This document shows, piece after piece, positions 39,797 through 49,137 of a DNA stretch of 64,000 nt (its first letter is position 1; each line of letters starts with the position of its first letter). Position numbers and translations under genes: made by a program. A model generated the notes under the pieces. It searched no databases and was not told the origin of the DNA. It was given only the letters and a program-made list of their open reading frames with translations. Origin of the DNA: an uncultured bacterium (GTDB lineage: Bacteria; Verrucomicrobiota; Kiritimatiellia; RFP12; CAIWXQ01); the NCBI GenBank assembly GCA_903916675.1, contig CAIWXQ010000008.1, forward strand, positions 48,270 to 112,269. The letters run 5' to 3'.

Positions 39797-40333
39797 TCAA
39801 TAGTTCGCGGCAACCATCTCAAAGAAAGCCTGCGGGTGCTGGCAGAGCGGGCATTTTTCGACGGCCTTCGGCCCCTCGTGCGTGAAGCCGCATTCCCGGC
39901 AGACCCACTTGACTTGCTGGTCCTTGCTGAAGACCCTGCCGCCCTCGACATTCTTCAGCAGGGCCAGGTAGCGCTCCTGATGGCTTTTCTCGACCTTTGC
40001 GAGCTGGTCAAACATTCGGGCGAGTTCATCAAACCCCTCGGCGCGGGCCTCTTTTGCCATGGTGGGGTACATCTCGGTCCATTCGTGCCCTTCCCCGGCG
40101 GCCGCGGCCTGCAAGTTGGCCCGGGTGTCGCCAATGCCGGACAGCGCCTTGAAATGGAGCTTGGCATGTTGCTTCTCGTTGTCCGCAGTCTCCAGGAAAA
40201 TTGCCGCGATCTGCTCGTATCCTTCCTTCTTTGCGACAGAGGCAAAGTAGGTGTACTTGTTGCGCGCCTGCGATTCGCCGGCAAAGGCCGCGTGCAGGTT
40301 CTGTTCGGTCTTCGAGCCCTTGAGTTCCGCCAT
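39797..40333 (-). CDS. Rubrerythrin
   Basis: Start chosen at [27 protein letters not shown]. Di-iron ferritin-like domain plus a C-terminal rubredoxin-like CxxC...CxxC (CRECGF...CPLCQ). Confidence 0.85.
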   Translation of the reverse strand: MAELKGSKTEQNLHAAFAGESQARNKYTYFASVAKKEGYEQIAAIFLETADNEKQHAKLHFKALSGIGDTRANLQAAAAGEGHEWTEMYPTMAKEARAEGFDELARMFDQLAKVEKSHQERYLALLKNVEGGRVFSKDQQVKWVCRECGFTHEGPKAVEKCPLCQHPQAFFEMVAANY

Positions 40334-40410
40334 GGGTGCGCTCCTTTGCGTTGCCGCCCGCGGGCTCATTGCCCGCACGGAAAGAAGCGTAGACGGGGGG
40401 CGGATGGATG

Positions 40411-41085
40411 TCAATTGCCGCCCGCAGGCAGCTCGCGCTTTGCGGGGCGTGTATCGCCATCCCTGCCAGCTGGCCCCCGGTCGCGCAGCAGCTCGTGCGC
40501 CTTGCGGATCTGTTCGGGGGAGAGGTGCTTACGGATGACCAGCAGATTCTGGATTGTCAGCTTGGCCTGCTCGGCGCGCAACCGGCCGATCTCGTCGATA
40601 GTCTTCATGATCTCGCCGGTATCGACATTCGGCTGGTGCAACAACCTCTTCACGCGCCCTTCCTGTTCGAGCGACAGCTTGTTGATCTGGGATTCCAGTT
40701 CGCCGTGCTGCGCCTGAAGCGCCTGGAGTTCATCGCGCATACGGGCCGCCGACTCCGGGGTCAGGCCGATCTCCCCGGTCAGCGTCGTGCCCGACAACAG
40801 CTGGTCGATCAGCATCTTACCCGGTTGCGGCCCCATCGGACCGTTCGGCCGATCCCCGCGCCGCAGCAGCGCCCGGCCGGTGCCATTGCTGCTTGCCGCA
40901 TTGCCCGGCAGTTGTTCCGTCTCTGCGCGGACCGCCAACGCCAGACACAGCCACGGGGCAAACACCGTGCGGAAGAACAATCGAGCCCTGCTTCTGTCTT
41001 TCACAGCAACCCCTTCCGCATTTCCCCGCCATGCAGCGGACATAGGTAGATAACGCACATCCCCATGGGTTATTGTGCCGGACAA
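40411..41085 (-). CDS. Periplasmic Spy/CpxP-like protein
   Basis: Signal-peptide-like segment followed by LTPE/LSPEQ motifs and a coiled coil. The true start is probably downstream of the first Met. Confidence 0.45.
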   Translation of the reverse strand: MSGTITHGDVRYLPMSAAWRGNAEGVAVKDRSRARLFFRTVFAPWLCLALAVRAETEQLPGNAASSNGTGRALLRRGDRPNGPMGPQPGKMLIDQLLSGTTLTGEIGLTPESAARMRDELQALQAQHGELESQINKLSLEQEGRVKRLLHQPNVDTGEIMKTIDEIGRLRAEQAKLTIQNLLVIRKHLSPEQIRKAHELLRDRGPAGRDGDTRPAKRELPAGGN

Positions 41086-41652
41086 CCCCTTCGGAGCTTA
41101 CCCGCGACCTTGTTCATTTCCTGCCTATGATAGAAAAATGCATCGCAGAGATCCAATACCCAACGCATCTTGTAACCACGAGCCTTTCTCGCATGTGTAA
41201 AAATACCTGATTCCTGCGGCAATTTGAATCCGGTTAATTTTCAGATCGTCCGTTTTGATAGAAAAATGAACATCTTGTGTTTAATTTATTATATAACAAC
41301 TTGATTACCAATAAATTACAACATTCTTTCCCCGTGTCGACATCGGCGGGTTTCAGATCATTCGAGTCGGCGCGATGCAAACACCCTGTTAGTAACTCGT
41401 TTGCAGTGGTCTGCATTTTTTCGATCTCCGGTTCACCGAGTTTGACGCAACTCACTGCAATACCGACTCAACAAACCTAAATCCGAGGCTGTTAATAACC
41501 TGTTCGGGAGTTTGCTATTCATTTCCCTTGTTCCCATCGCTGAATGGGTGCCATTGTCGCAGATGCGTGGCGCTCCTGTTGGGCCGCGTTTTTAGCCGCC
41601 GGGTTGTGGGCTGTCGACTTTCTAAATCCGATTTTCGGTTGCAGGTGTTCCC
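41086..41652. promoter_or_regulatory. AT-rich region upstream of dnaA; putative oriC/DUE and dnaA promoter
   Basis: About 40% GC island next to dnaA. TGATAGAAAAATG occurs twice (41128 and 41255). The AT tract TTAATTTATTATATAAC is a candidate unwinding element. Confidence 0.45.
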
Positions 41653-43041
41653 ATGGCAGCGCAGTCGTTGTGGAATCTGGCGTGCGAGCATTTGAAAGCG
41701 GTGCTCCACCCCGATGTGTTCAATCGCTGGATCGCCATCATCCACCCTGTGGCGCTGCAGGGCGACACCCTGATTCTGCGCGTGGACAACGATTACTACC
41801 AGACCTGGCTGCAGGACAATTATCTTCAGCTTATCGTCAGCGCACTCCGCACAGCCGGCGCCAACGAGAATCTCCTGATCCGCTTCGACGTGCAGGCCGG
41901 CGAGCTGTCGGCACCGGCAGACGCTTCTGTGCCGCAACCGACACCGGACCAGCCGCGCCCGCGTCCCCGCCTGCGCCGGCCACCCAAGGGCGCGTCGCTC
42001 AACGCGACGCTCAACGCCAAGTTCACCTTCGAGGAGTTCGTCATGGGCCCCTCGAACAGCTTTGCCCACGCGGCGGCCCTGGCCGTGGCGCAGGCGCCCG
42101 GCCGCGCCTACAACCCGCTGTTCATCTACGGACAAACCGGCCTGGGCAAGACACACCTCATGCAGGCGGTCGGCCATCGCGCGCTGCAGTCCGAGGCCAT
42201 CTCCGTGGCGTACATCTCCCTGGAGACCATGCTCAACGAGTACGTCGAATCAGTGCAGACCCGCACCACCACCGAGTTCCGCAACAAGTACCGCAGTGTG
42301 GACGTGCTGCTGGTGGACGACATCCACTTCCTCGGCGGCAAGGAGCGCCTCCAGGAGGAGTTCTTCTACACCTTCAACGCCCTGTACGACGCCCGCAAAC
42401 AGATCATTCTCACCAGCGACCGACCTGCCAGCGAGATCCCCGGGCTCGAACAGCGCCTCGTCTCCCGCTTCGAGTGGGGGCTGGTGACCGAGCTGGAAAA
42501 GCCGGATCTGGAAACCCGCCTGGCGATCCTGCGCTACAAGCAGACCCACGCCAAGGTGCACCTCTCCGACGAGTTACTCAACTTCATCGCTGAAAAAGTC
42601 AAATCCAACGTCCGCAGCCTGGAGGGCGCCCTGCTGCGGGCCCTTTCCTTTGTCTCGATGAATCCCGGCCGGCCGCTGACGCTGGAAGCGATGCGCTACC
42701 TCCTGAAGGATCTCCTGGATAAGGAAAACCGGCAGGAGCTGACCTGTGATGCGATCCAGCGCGCCGTGGCGGAACACTTTGGCCTGCGCCTGACCGACAT
42801 GTCGAGCAAGCAGCGCCCCCGGTCGGTTGCCCAGCCGCGTCAGGTCGCCATGTACCTCTGCCGTCGTCTGACGAGCCAGTCTCTGCCGGAGATCGCCAAT
42901 ACCTTCGGCAAGACCCATGCCACAGTTCTGCATGCCTGCAAGACCATCAAGGACCGTATGGACGTGGAAGCCAACCTGTGCGATTCCATCCGTACGATCG
43001 CCAAAAAACTGAACTGCGATCCGATTTCTTTTCAGTTATGA
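41653..43041 (+). CDS. dnaA: Chromosomal replication initiator DnaA
   Basis: AAA+ Walker A GQTGLGKTHL, Walker B LLVDDIHF, and a C-terminal DNA-binding domain. Confidence 0.95.
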   Translation: MAAQSLWNLACEHLKAVLHPDVFNRWIAIIHPVALQGDTLILRVDNDYYQTWLQDNYLQLIVSALRTAGANENLLIRFDVQAGELSAPADASVPQPTPDQPRPRPRLRRPPKGASLNATLNAKFTFEEFVMGPSNSFAHAAALAVAQAPGRAYNPLFIYGQTGLGKTHLMQAVGHRALQSEAISVAYISLETMLNEYVESVQTRTTTEFRNKYRSVDVLLVDDIHFLGGKERLQEEFFYTFNALYDARKQIILTSDRPASEIPGLEQRLVSRFEWGLVTELEKPDLETRLAILRYKQTHAKVHLSDELLNFIAEKVKSNVRSLEGALLRALSFVSMNPGRPLTLEAMRYLLKDLLDKENRQELTCDAIQRAVAEHFGLRLTDMSSKQRPRSVAQPRQVAMYLCRRLTSQSLPEIANTFGKTHATVLHACKTIKDRMDVEANLCDSIRTIAKKLNCDPISFQL

Positions 43042-43313
43042 CCGGGTGATTATCCTGTTGATACGTTGATGAACCCCTGTGTTTTTTATGACAGTTATTC
43101 ACAACCTCCCGAATAATTCCGTGGTTATGAACCAGGTTTCACCTGTTCTGAACAATTTCACGTTGTTGCCACGCCTGCTTAAAGTCTCTCCCCTCAAGGC
43201 AGTTATAAAGTTGTATTCATTGTTCTTTCCTCTAGTGGTGATACTGTTGACTTATATTAAACTACCTGTATAACATACAACTTTACAGGCGAACCTGTGA
43301 TTGGAGACACCAG
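43042..43313. promoter_or_regulatory. dnaA-dnaN spacer with DnaA-box-like sequences; second candidate oriC segment
   Basis: TTATTCACA at 43095 is one mismatch from TTATCCACA. TGATTATCCTGT at about 43047. The spacer is AT-rich. Confidence 0.45.
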
Positions 43314-44411
43314 ATGAAATTTGCCATTGTTCGTTCCAAGTTACTCGAAGCCCTGCAGTCCGTGCAGAACGTGGTTTCGGTCAAGAGCACGTTGCAGATT
43401 CTTTCGAATGCCTTGATCAAAAGCGAAGGAAACAAACTGCACCTGACTACCACGGATCTCGATATCACGGTCAAGTGCACGATCGAAGCGGAGAGCGACG
43501 AAACCGGCGGCACAACCCTGCCGATCCGGCGACTGGCCGGCATTGTCCGCGAACTCCCGGAAGGAAAAATCACGGTCAATATTTCGGATGAAGATGTGGC
43601 GGAAGTCCGTTGCGGGTCGTCATTTTTTAAGATCATCGGTCTCCCCATGCGGGATTTTCCGCCGGTTCCGGTTCCGGACGGAAAGGACTGCTACCGGCTG
43701 GACCAGGGGACGTTCCGCGAGATGCTGCGCAAGACGGCCTACGCGGCCTCGCAGGACGAGACGCGGCACGTGCTGAACGGCGTGCTGTTGGCGTTCAAGG
43801 ACGGCAAGCTGACCATGGTGGCGACGGATGGGCGGCGTTTGGCGCTGGTTGAGCAGGAAGTCGAGTTTCCCGAGAGCGCCGAGATCGAGATGATCCTGCC
43901 CAGCAAAGCGGTCAACGAGCTGATGCACATCCTCAAGGACGAGGGCGATCTCAAGATCTACGCGCACAAGGGCCAGGCGGTCTTCGAGCTGGGGAGCATC
44001 ACGATGAGCAGCAAGCTCATTGACGGCGTCTACCCGAACTACCGGCAAGTCATACCAACCGGCTGTGACGAGCGGATCGTGCTGGAGCGGGAAGCGCTGC
44101 TGACCTGCCTGCGGCGCGTGTCGCTGGTGACCACGGACAAATCCAACTCCACACGCCTGACCTTCTCGGCCAACCAGCTGACCATCCTGTCAAACACGCC
44201 GGACATTGGCGAGGCGCGCGAGACCATGCCGGTGAAATACGCCGGCAAGGAGATCACCGTCACCTTCAATCCCGAATACGTGATGGATCCGCTGCGCAAC
44301 ATCGACCACGACGAGGTCACGTTCGAGATGAGCGACGGCCACAGCCCGGCGCTGATCAAGTGCGGCGGCGTCCCCTTCCTCTATGTCCTGATGCCCCTGC
44401 GCATCGGGTAA
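43314..44411 (+). CDS. dnaN: DNA polymerase III beta sliding clamp
   Basis: Full-length 365-aa ORF starting MKFAIVRSKLLEALQ; three-domain clamp. Confidence 0.95.
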   Translation: MKFAIVRSKLLEALQSVQNVVSVKSTLQILSNALIKSEGNKLHLTTTDLDITVKCTIEAESDETGGTTLPIRRLAGIVRELPEGKITVNISDEDVAEVRCGSSFFKIIGLPMRDFPPVPVPDGKDCYRLDQGTFREMLRKTAYAASQDETRHVLNGVLLAFKDGKLTMVATDGRRLALVEQEVEFPESAEIEMILPSKAVNELMHILKDEGDLKIYAHKGQAVFELGSITMSSKLIDGVYPNYRQVIPTGCDERIVLEREALLTCLRRVSLVTTDKSNSTRLTFSANQLTILSNTPDIGEARETMPVKYAGKEITVTFNPEYVMDPLRNIDHDEVTFEMSDGHSPALIKCGGVPFLYVLMPLRIG

Positions 44412-44497
44412 TTGGGCTGATAAAATTGGGCGTTCGGGCTTGTTTTAGACCCCATGCCTTTGTATTCTGTCCGCTCGGTTTTGACCTTCTCGAAGCC

Positions 44498-44571
44498 TGC
44501 CCGATAGTGTAATGGTAGCACAACAGACTCTGAATCTGTTTGTCTAGGTTCAAATCCTAGTCGGGCAACCA
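44498..44571 (+). tRNA. tRNA-Gln (anticodon CTG) with encoded CCA
   Basis: Manual cloverleaf: acceptor TGCCCGA/TCGGGCA (U1:A72), anticodon stem ACAGA/TCTGT with loop CTCTGAA, T-arm CTAGG-TTCAAAT-CCTAG, then discriminator A and CCA. Confidence 0.8.
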
Positions 44572-44865
44572 AGCACGCCACGTTGCCCCTGCGCGGCGTG
44601 CCGCGACTCAGGCGCTGAACAGTAACGAGTTGCGACGCGGCGGGACTTCCACTTTCCTCGGCTGGCCGGGACAGGTCTTGGATGGGAAGCAAGCATCAAC
44701 TCGGTTCAAGTCAGTGATCAAGGTAGGTTGTTGAAAGCGCTTGCGAAAACAAGGCGGCGGAGCGTATCCTGCACCCGTTAGGTGTGGCCTGACAGGACGC
44801 GGAAGAGCGCCTTTCGTGAGGGGCACCCGCGCGCGCAAAAAAGCGAACCCCGTTCAAAACGACCG

Positions 44866-46896
44866 ATGCAACGGCTGTCCCCAGACACCTACGCGGCCCG
44901 CGTCATCCACGGAGAGTACCATCCGCACCTCGACGGCATTCGCGCATTCGCCGTGCTGCCGGTCGTGGCCTTCCACATTTTGGCGCTGCTCTGCCCCGGC
45001 GGCTTCGCGGGCGTCGACGTATTCTTTGTCATCTCCGGCTACCTGATCACCGGCGGGATCCTGCGCGACCTGCGGGAGGGGTGCTTCACGGTCAGGGCTT
45101 TCTATCACCGCCGCATCCGCCGCATCCTGCCCGCGTACTTTGCCCTGATCGCCATCGTGCTGATGGTCGGCTGCGCTCTCTACTATTCTCGGCCGCTCGT
45201 GCATCTGAGCAACACGGTCATGGCGGCCACCCTCTTTTCCGCGAACATCTACTACAGCCACATCAACGGCGCCTATTTTGCGCCGGACATTCACGACTAC
45301 CCCCTGCTCCACCTCTGGTCGCTGAGCGTGGAGGAGCAATTCTACTTGGGCATCCCCCTGCTGTGCGCCGTGCTCTGGCGCTGGCGGCGCGCCCTGGTGG
45401 CGCCGGTGCTGGCGGCACTGGCCGCCGGGTCGCTGGCCGCCTCTGTCTGGGCCCTGCGCAGCGGCAGCCCTAACGCGGCCTTCTACCTGCTGCACTGCCG
45501 CGCATGGGAACTGCTGGCCGGCGCGCTGCTGGCCCGGGCCTGCCTGAAGGATGCTGCGGGTGGTGCGGGGGCTGTCGCCGGACGCCGTCTTTCGGCTACC
45601 TGGGCCAGTGCGCTCGCGTCCTGCGGATTGCTGCTGGTGCTGGCGCCCTACGTGTGGCTGTCGTCGCAAAGCGCCTTTCCTGGCTTGGCGGCGCTCCCCT
45701 CGGTGGCAGGCACGGTCCTGCTCATCCGCTTCGGAAACGCCGGCTGGGTCTCCCGCGTGCTCACGTGGCGGCCGTTTGTCCTGACCGGCAAGATCTCCTA
45801 TTCGCTCTATCTCTGGCACTGGCCGGTGATCGTGTTCTGGAAATACGCGGTCTACAACCAGCTGATCGCCGCTGACTACGTCGGCATGTTCCTCGTGTCG
45901 CTGGCGCTGGCGGCGCTCTCCTGGCGCTTCATCGAGCTTCCCGTGCGCGCCTCGCCGGCCTGGACGCCGCGCCGGACCTTCCTTTTCGCGGCCTGCGGCA
46001 TCGTGCTGCTGGTGGGCATCGGGGCGGCCTGCACTGCTTCGCTGGGGTGGCCCCGCGTGCTGCATGCCCGGGCGAACCGCCTGGCGAAGAACGAGCTGCC
46101 ATCGCTGTTCGTGCAGCGGCTGGTCGACACGGGGATCCGCGCGGGCGCCATTGTGGGGCTGCAGCTTGCAAATCCGTTCCGTGACTGCTTTGCGCTGTCG
46201 GGCGCCCTCGGCGTGGTAGGGCGCCCGGTCGAGGTGCTGCTGGTGGGCGACAGCCACGCGTGGAACCTGCAGTACGGGCTGGCCATGGTGCTCAAGGAGC
46301 ACAACCGGGCCGGCTACTCCCTGTCGCACCCGAACACCTTTCTGTACGACGTAGACGACCCGGCCGGGAAGGCCGTGCTGGACGAGGTTGCGCGGCGTCC
46401 GGCGGCGCGGCAAGTGATCCTGGCCGCGCACTGGGTTGACTATGCGGCTTCCCAGCCGCAGGCGTGGAGCCGGAAGCTGGAGACGTTTGCCAGCCGCCTC
46501 GCGGCGATGAACCGCACGGTGCTGATCACGTCGGACATCCCGGTCTTTCCGTACTCGCCGTCGGACATTGCCGCGCGGATGGCAATCATTCCACCGCGGC
46601 GGGTGGAACCCGACTGGGTCGAGCACGCGCAACCGGCCGCCGAGTACGAGCGGACGCAGGGCGGGATCAACCGCACCCTCGCGGAGATCTGCGTGCGGAC
46701 CGGGGCCAAGTTCGTTCCCCTGCACACGGCGCTGCGGCAGGGCGACCGGTACCCGGCCTTTGCCCGGGATTCCAACGGCCCGGTTCCCTTGTACGGAGAC
46801 TCCAACCACCTGACGCATGCCGGCTCGATGCAGGCGGCTAGGTTCTTGGCAGCCTATCTGAAACTTGAGACGACGCCTCCGCCTGGAGGCACATGA
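44866..46896 (+). CDS. Acyltransferase family 3 (OafA/YrhL-like) with a C-terminal SGNH-hydrolase domain
   Basis: HLDGIRAFAVLPVVAFH N-terminus, about 10 TM helices, then an SGNH region (LLVGDSHAWN). Confidence 0.8.
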   Translation: MQRLSPDTYAARVIHGEYHPHLDGIRAFAVLPVVAFHILALLCPGGFAGVDVFFVISGYLITGGILRDLREGCFTVRAFYHRRIRRILPAYFALIAIVLMVGCALYYSRPLVHLSNTVMAATLFSANIYYSHINGAYFAPDIHDYPLLHLWSLSVEEQFYLGIPLLCAVLWRWRRALVAPVLAALAAGSLAASVWALRSGSPNAAFYLLHCRAWELLAGALLARACLKDAAGGAGAVAGRRLSATWASALASCGLLLVLAPYVWLSSQSAFPGLAALPSVAGTVLLIRFGNAGWVSRVLTWRPFVLTGKISYSLYLWHWPVIVFWKYAVYNQLIAADYVGMFLVSLALAALSWRFIELPVRASPAWTPRRTFLFAACGIVLLVGIGAACTASLGWPRVLHARANRLAKNELPSLFVQRLVDTGIRAGAIVGLQLANPFRDCFALSGALGVVGRPVEVLLVGDSHAWNLQYGLAMVLKEHNRAGYSLSHPNTFLYDVDDPAGKAVLDEVARRPAARQVILAAHWVDYAASQPQAWSRKLETFASRLAAMNRTVLITSDIPVFPYSPSDIAARMAIIPPRRVEPDWVEHAQPAAEYERTQGGINRTLAEICVRTGAKFVPLHTALRQGDRYPAFARDSNGPVPLYGDSNHLTHAGSMQAARFLAAYLKLETTPPPGGT

Positions 46897-47011
46897 CGAA
46901 GCGCTTCTGGCACAGGTGGGGGTGCTGGTCACCGCGCCGACATCGCCAGCGCTAACCAGCGGCCTACACTTTGAAACGATTCTGTGCTTTCTGCTGCCGC
47001 TGGTTGGGGTT

Positions 47012-47422
47012 TCACGGTTTCTTTCTGCGTCTGTCCACGACCATTGTTCCCCATCGAGCAAATAGGAAGGGAAGTCCTATTCCTATGATGAGGACAATGG
47101 AAAGTTCCAATATCAAGAAAGCGCCATTACCGGTTGAGTTCATAAATCCCGCCGGCAATCTTCCAAACCCGGAAGGTAAATTTTCTGGTGTTCCTCCGGC
47201 CACAAAGAAAAGAAATGCTGCGAGAAATGCTACGAACATAGCTGAGGGACGCTTGAGAAGAATGCGTAGTAGCATTCCGGTGAGGAATGGGATGCCCAGC
47301 AGGAGGAAACAGATCACGAAGGCGACTGCTACGTGATCAAGCGCTTTCATTATAGAGTTCATCGCTTCCATCATTTTATCCTTACACCCCAACATCAACA
47401 GGTCGATGATCGTCACCCACAA
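47012..47422 (-). CDS. Small 3-TM membrane protein, low GC, unknown function
   Basis: Hydrophobic segments VAVAFVICFLLLGIPFLTGMLL, AMFVAFLAAFLFFVAGG and AFLILELSIVLIIGIGLPFLFA, with a basic RRRKKP tail. About 45% GC. The start codon is uncertain. Confidence 0.4.
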   Translation of the reverse strand: MWVTIIDLLMLGCKDKMMEAMNSIMKALDHVAVAFVICFLLLGIPFLTGMLLRILLKRPSAMFVAFLAAFLFFVAGGTPENLPSGFGRLPAGFMNSTGNGAFLILELSIVLIIGIGLPFLFARWGTMVVDRRRKKP

Positions 47423-47530
47423 TCAGGCTCTCCGTCCTCTTCCCGGCCGGAACCCCTGCGTGACCCTTCGGCGGGCTTCCGCTATTTTGAACCCGCATTC
47501 TGCCCATGCGGGGACCGCCCGGGCCATCGG

Positions 47531-47878
47531 TTACCCGCCGTGCGTGTAACGGATGATTTGCATTTTTTCCATGGTGATCAGACCGCCGCTGCGGGCCTGC
47601 TCGAACATGTCGTGCAGCCTGGGGAGGAATGAGTTGATCTTCTCCTCAGTATCGGCGATCTCAACGACCAGGGGAAGGTCGGACGACAGGTCGAGAATCT
47701 TGGCCGTGCGGATGCGACTGCAGAGGCCGAACCCTGTCACGCCCTTCCAGGCCGTGGCGCCGGCCAGCCCGGCCGCCTTGGCCTCGCGAACGATCGCCTC
47801 GTACAGAGGCACGTGGCCCAGCTTGTCCGATTCGCCGAGGAAGATCCGCAGCAGCTTGGCCTCACCCGCGAGTTCCAT
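47531..47878 (-). CDS. DUF190 (PII-like) protein commonly partnered with CrcB
   Basis: MELAGEAKLLRIFLGESDKLGHVPLYEAIV is the typical DUF190 N-terminus. Its start overlaps the crcB stop. Confidence 0.7.
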   Translation of the reverse strand: MELAGEAKLLRIFLGESDKLGHVPLYEAIVREAKAAGLAGATAWKGVTGFGLCSRIRTAKILDLSSDLPLVVEIADTEEKINSFLPRLHDMFEQARSGGLITMEKMQIIRYTHGG

Positions 47879-47886
47879 GGTACCTC

Positions 47887-48276
47887 CTACGCTTTCCAGG
47901 CCCATTGAACCAGCCAGGCGCCGACCCAAAACAGAGCCATGCACCCGACCAGCGTGATCGCAAAATAGGCGCCCGCGTAGAAGAACTCACGGTCGCGCAC
48001 GAACTGCACCAGCTCGTAGATAAACGATGACATGGTCGTGAAGCCGCCGCAGATTCCCGTGGCGAGGAAGAGCCGCATGGCGGGTGTCAGGGAACTGGTG
48101 GATGTAGCCAGCGTCGTCACCATGCCGATTACTAGGCACCCGAGCAGGTTCGCCCAGAGCGTGCCGTGCGGGAAGGTGACGGATGCGCGCTGCGCCAGCA
48201 GGCTCAACGCGTAACGCAGGACTGACCCCAGCGCCCCGCCCGTCCCCACCACCAGTATCGGCAGCAGATACCGCAT
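47887..48276 (-). CDS. crcB: Fluoride ion channel CrcB/Fluc
   Basis: 4-TM protein with the GxxGALxR-type motif (GGALGSVLRY) and GGFTTMSSF. Confidence 0.85.
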   Translation of the reverse strand: MRYLLPILVVGTGGALGSVLRYALSLLAQRASVTFPHGTLWANLLGCLVIGMVTTLATSTSSLTPAMRLFLATGICGGFTTMSSFIYELVQFVRDREFFYAGAYFAITLVGCMALFWVGAWLVQWAWKA

Positions 48277-48323
48277 GTCCTCACCATAGCAAAGCGCCCC
48301 GAAGCGTGCTAGCATCCGCAGAC

Positions 48324-49031
48324 ATGGGCATGGGGGAGAAGCTGCTGCGGCTACTGGTGGGCGTGCTCCTGCTGCCGCTTTGCGTGGCCATGAGCTGGGC
48401 GCTGGTGGACCTGATCCGCGAACTCCCCTCCGGCCGCGAGTTCGTCTCGCCCCAGGCGCTTGCGCTGCTTGGCGGCTACTTCATCTGGCTTGGCGTCTAT
48501 CTCGGGATCGTGCGCCCCACGCATGCCTACGTCTGGGCACATGAATTGACCCATGCGCTCTGGGGGCTGCTCTTTGGCGCGCGCATCCACTCGATCCGCG
48601 CCAAGCCTACCGGCGGCGCGGTTGCGCTTTCCAAGACCAACACGCTAATCGCGCTCGCGCCGTACTTTTTCCCTTTCTATACCATGGTCGTGCTGCTGTT
48701 GCGCGCGCTCCTCTCGATCTGGCTTCCCATTGCGCCGTACGAGCTGATCTGGCTCTTCCTCGTCGGCTTCACCTGGGGATTCCACTTCACCTTCACCGTG
48801 CAGACGCTCCTGATCCGCCAGCCGGACGTGGTGGACAATGGCCGCGTTTTTTCGCTGGCGCTGATCTACCTGTTGAACCTGGCCGGCATCTGCGTCTGGG
48901 TGATTTGCACCACCCCTGCCACGTTCACTGCCCTCGGCAGCCACCTCGTCGCCCGCACCGCGCTGGTCTACGTCAAAAGCTGGTCCGGCCTCGTCGCGCT
49001 CTGGGGGATGATCGCGCAGCTGTGGGCGTGA
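48324..49031 (+). CDS. Polytopic membrane protein with an HExxH motif (putative zinc metalloprotease-like, DUF3267-like)
   Basis: AHELTHALWG lies within a multi-TM protein. Confidence 0.5.
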   Translation: MGMGEKLLRLLVGVLLLPLCVAMSWALVDLIRELPSGREFVSPQALALLGGYFIWLGVYLGIVRPTHAYVWAHELTHALWGLLFGARIHSIRAKPTGGAVALSKTNTLIALAPYFFPFYTMVVLLLRALLSIWLPIAPYELIWLFLVGFTWGFHFTFTVQTLLIRQPDVVDNGRVFSLALIYLLNLAGICVWVICTTPATFTALGSHLVARTALVYVKSWSGLVALWGMIAQLWA

Positions 49032-49053
49032 ACTGGAGCTGCGGGTAAAATAC

Positions 49054-49092
49054 GGACACGAAGAAGAGGAAGGCTGCAGAAGATCACGAAGG
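49054..49092. repeat. B-type repeat left arm only (GGACACGAAGAAGAGGAAGGCTGCAGAAGATCACGAAGG); partial element
   Basis: Matches the left arm of the 30485 element. The right arm is absent or degenerate and runs into the 3' end of the substrate-binding-protein gene. Confidence 0.35.
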
Positions 49093-49137
49093 GTCTCGGG
49101 ATGGCGGCCGGCCTCGACCGCCGCGCCTGTCCTGTGA

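Noticed and set aside
46971-47336. Plus-strand ORF overlapping the low-GC membrane ORF.
   Set aside because: Its translation is hydrophilic and low-complexity (KKRNAARNATNIAEGRLRRMRSS). The minus-strand frame gives three clean TM helices and continues the crcB-DUF190 operon.
48277-48360. Looked for a fluoride (crcB) riboswitch upstream of crcB.
   Set aside because: No GATGG...AACCGCC...CTGATGATGCCTAC-like core is visible. Recorded as an absence only.
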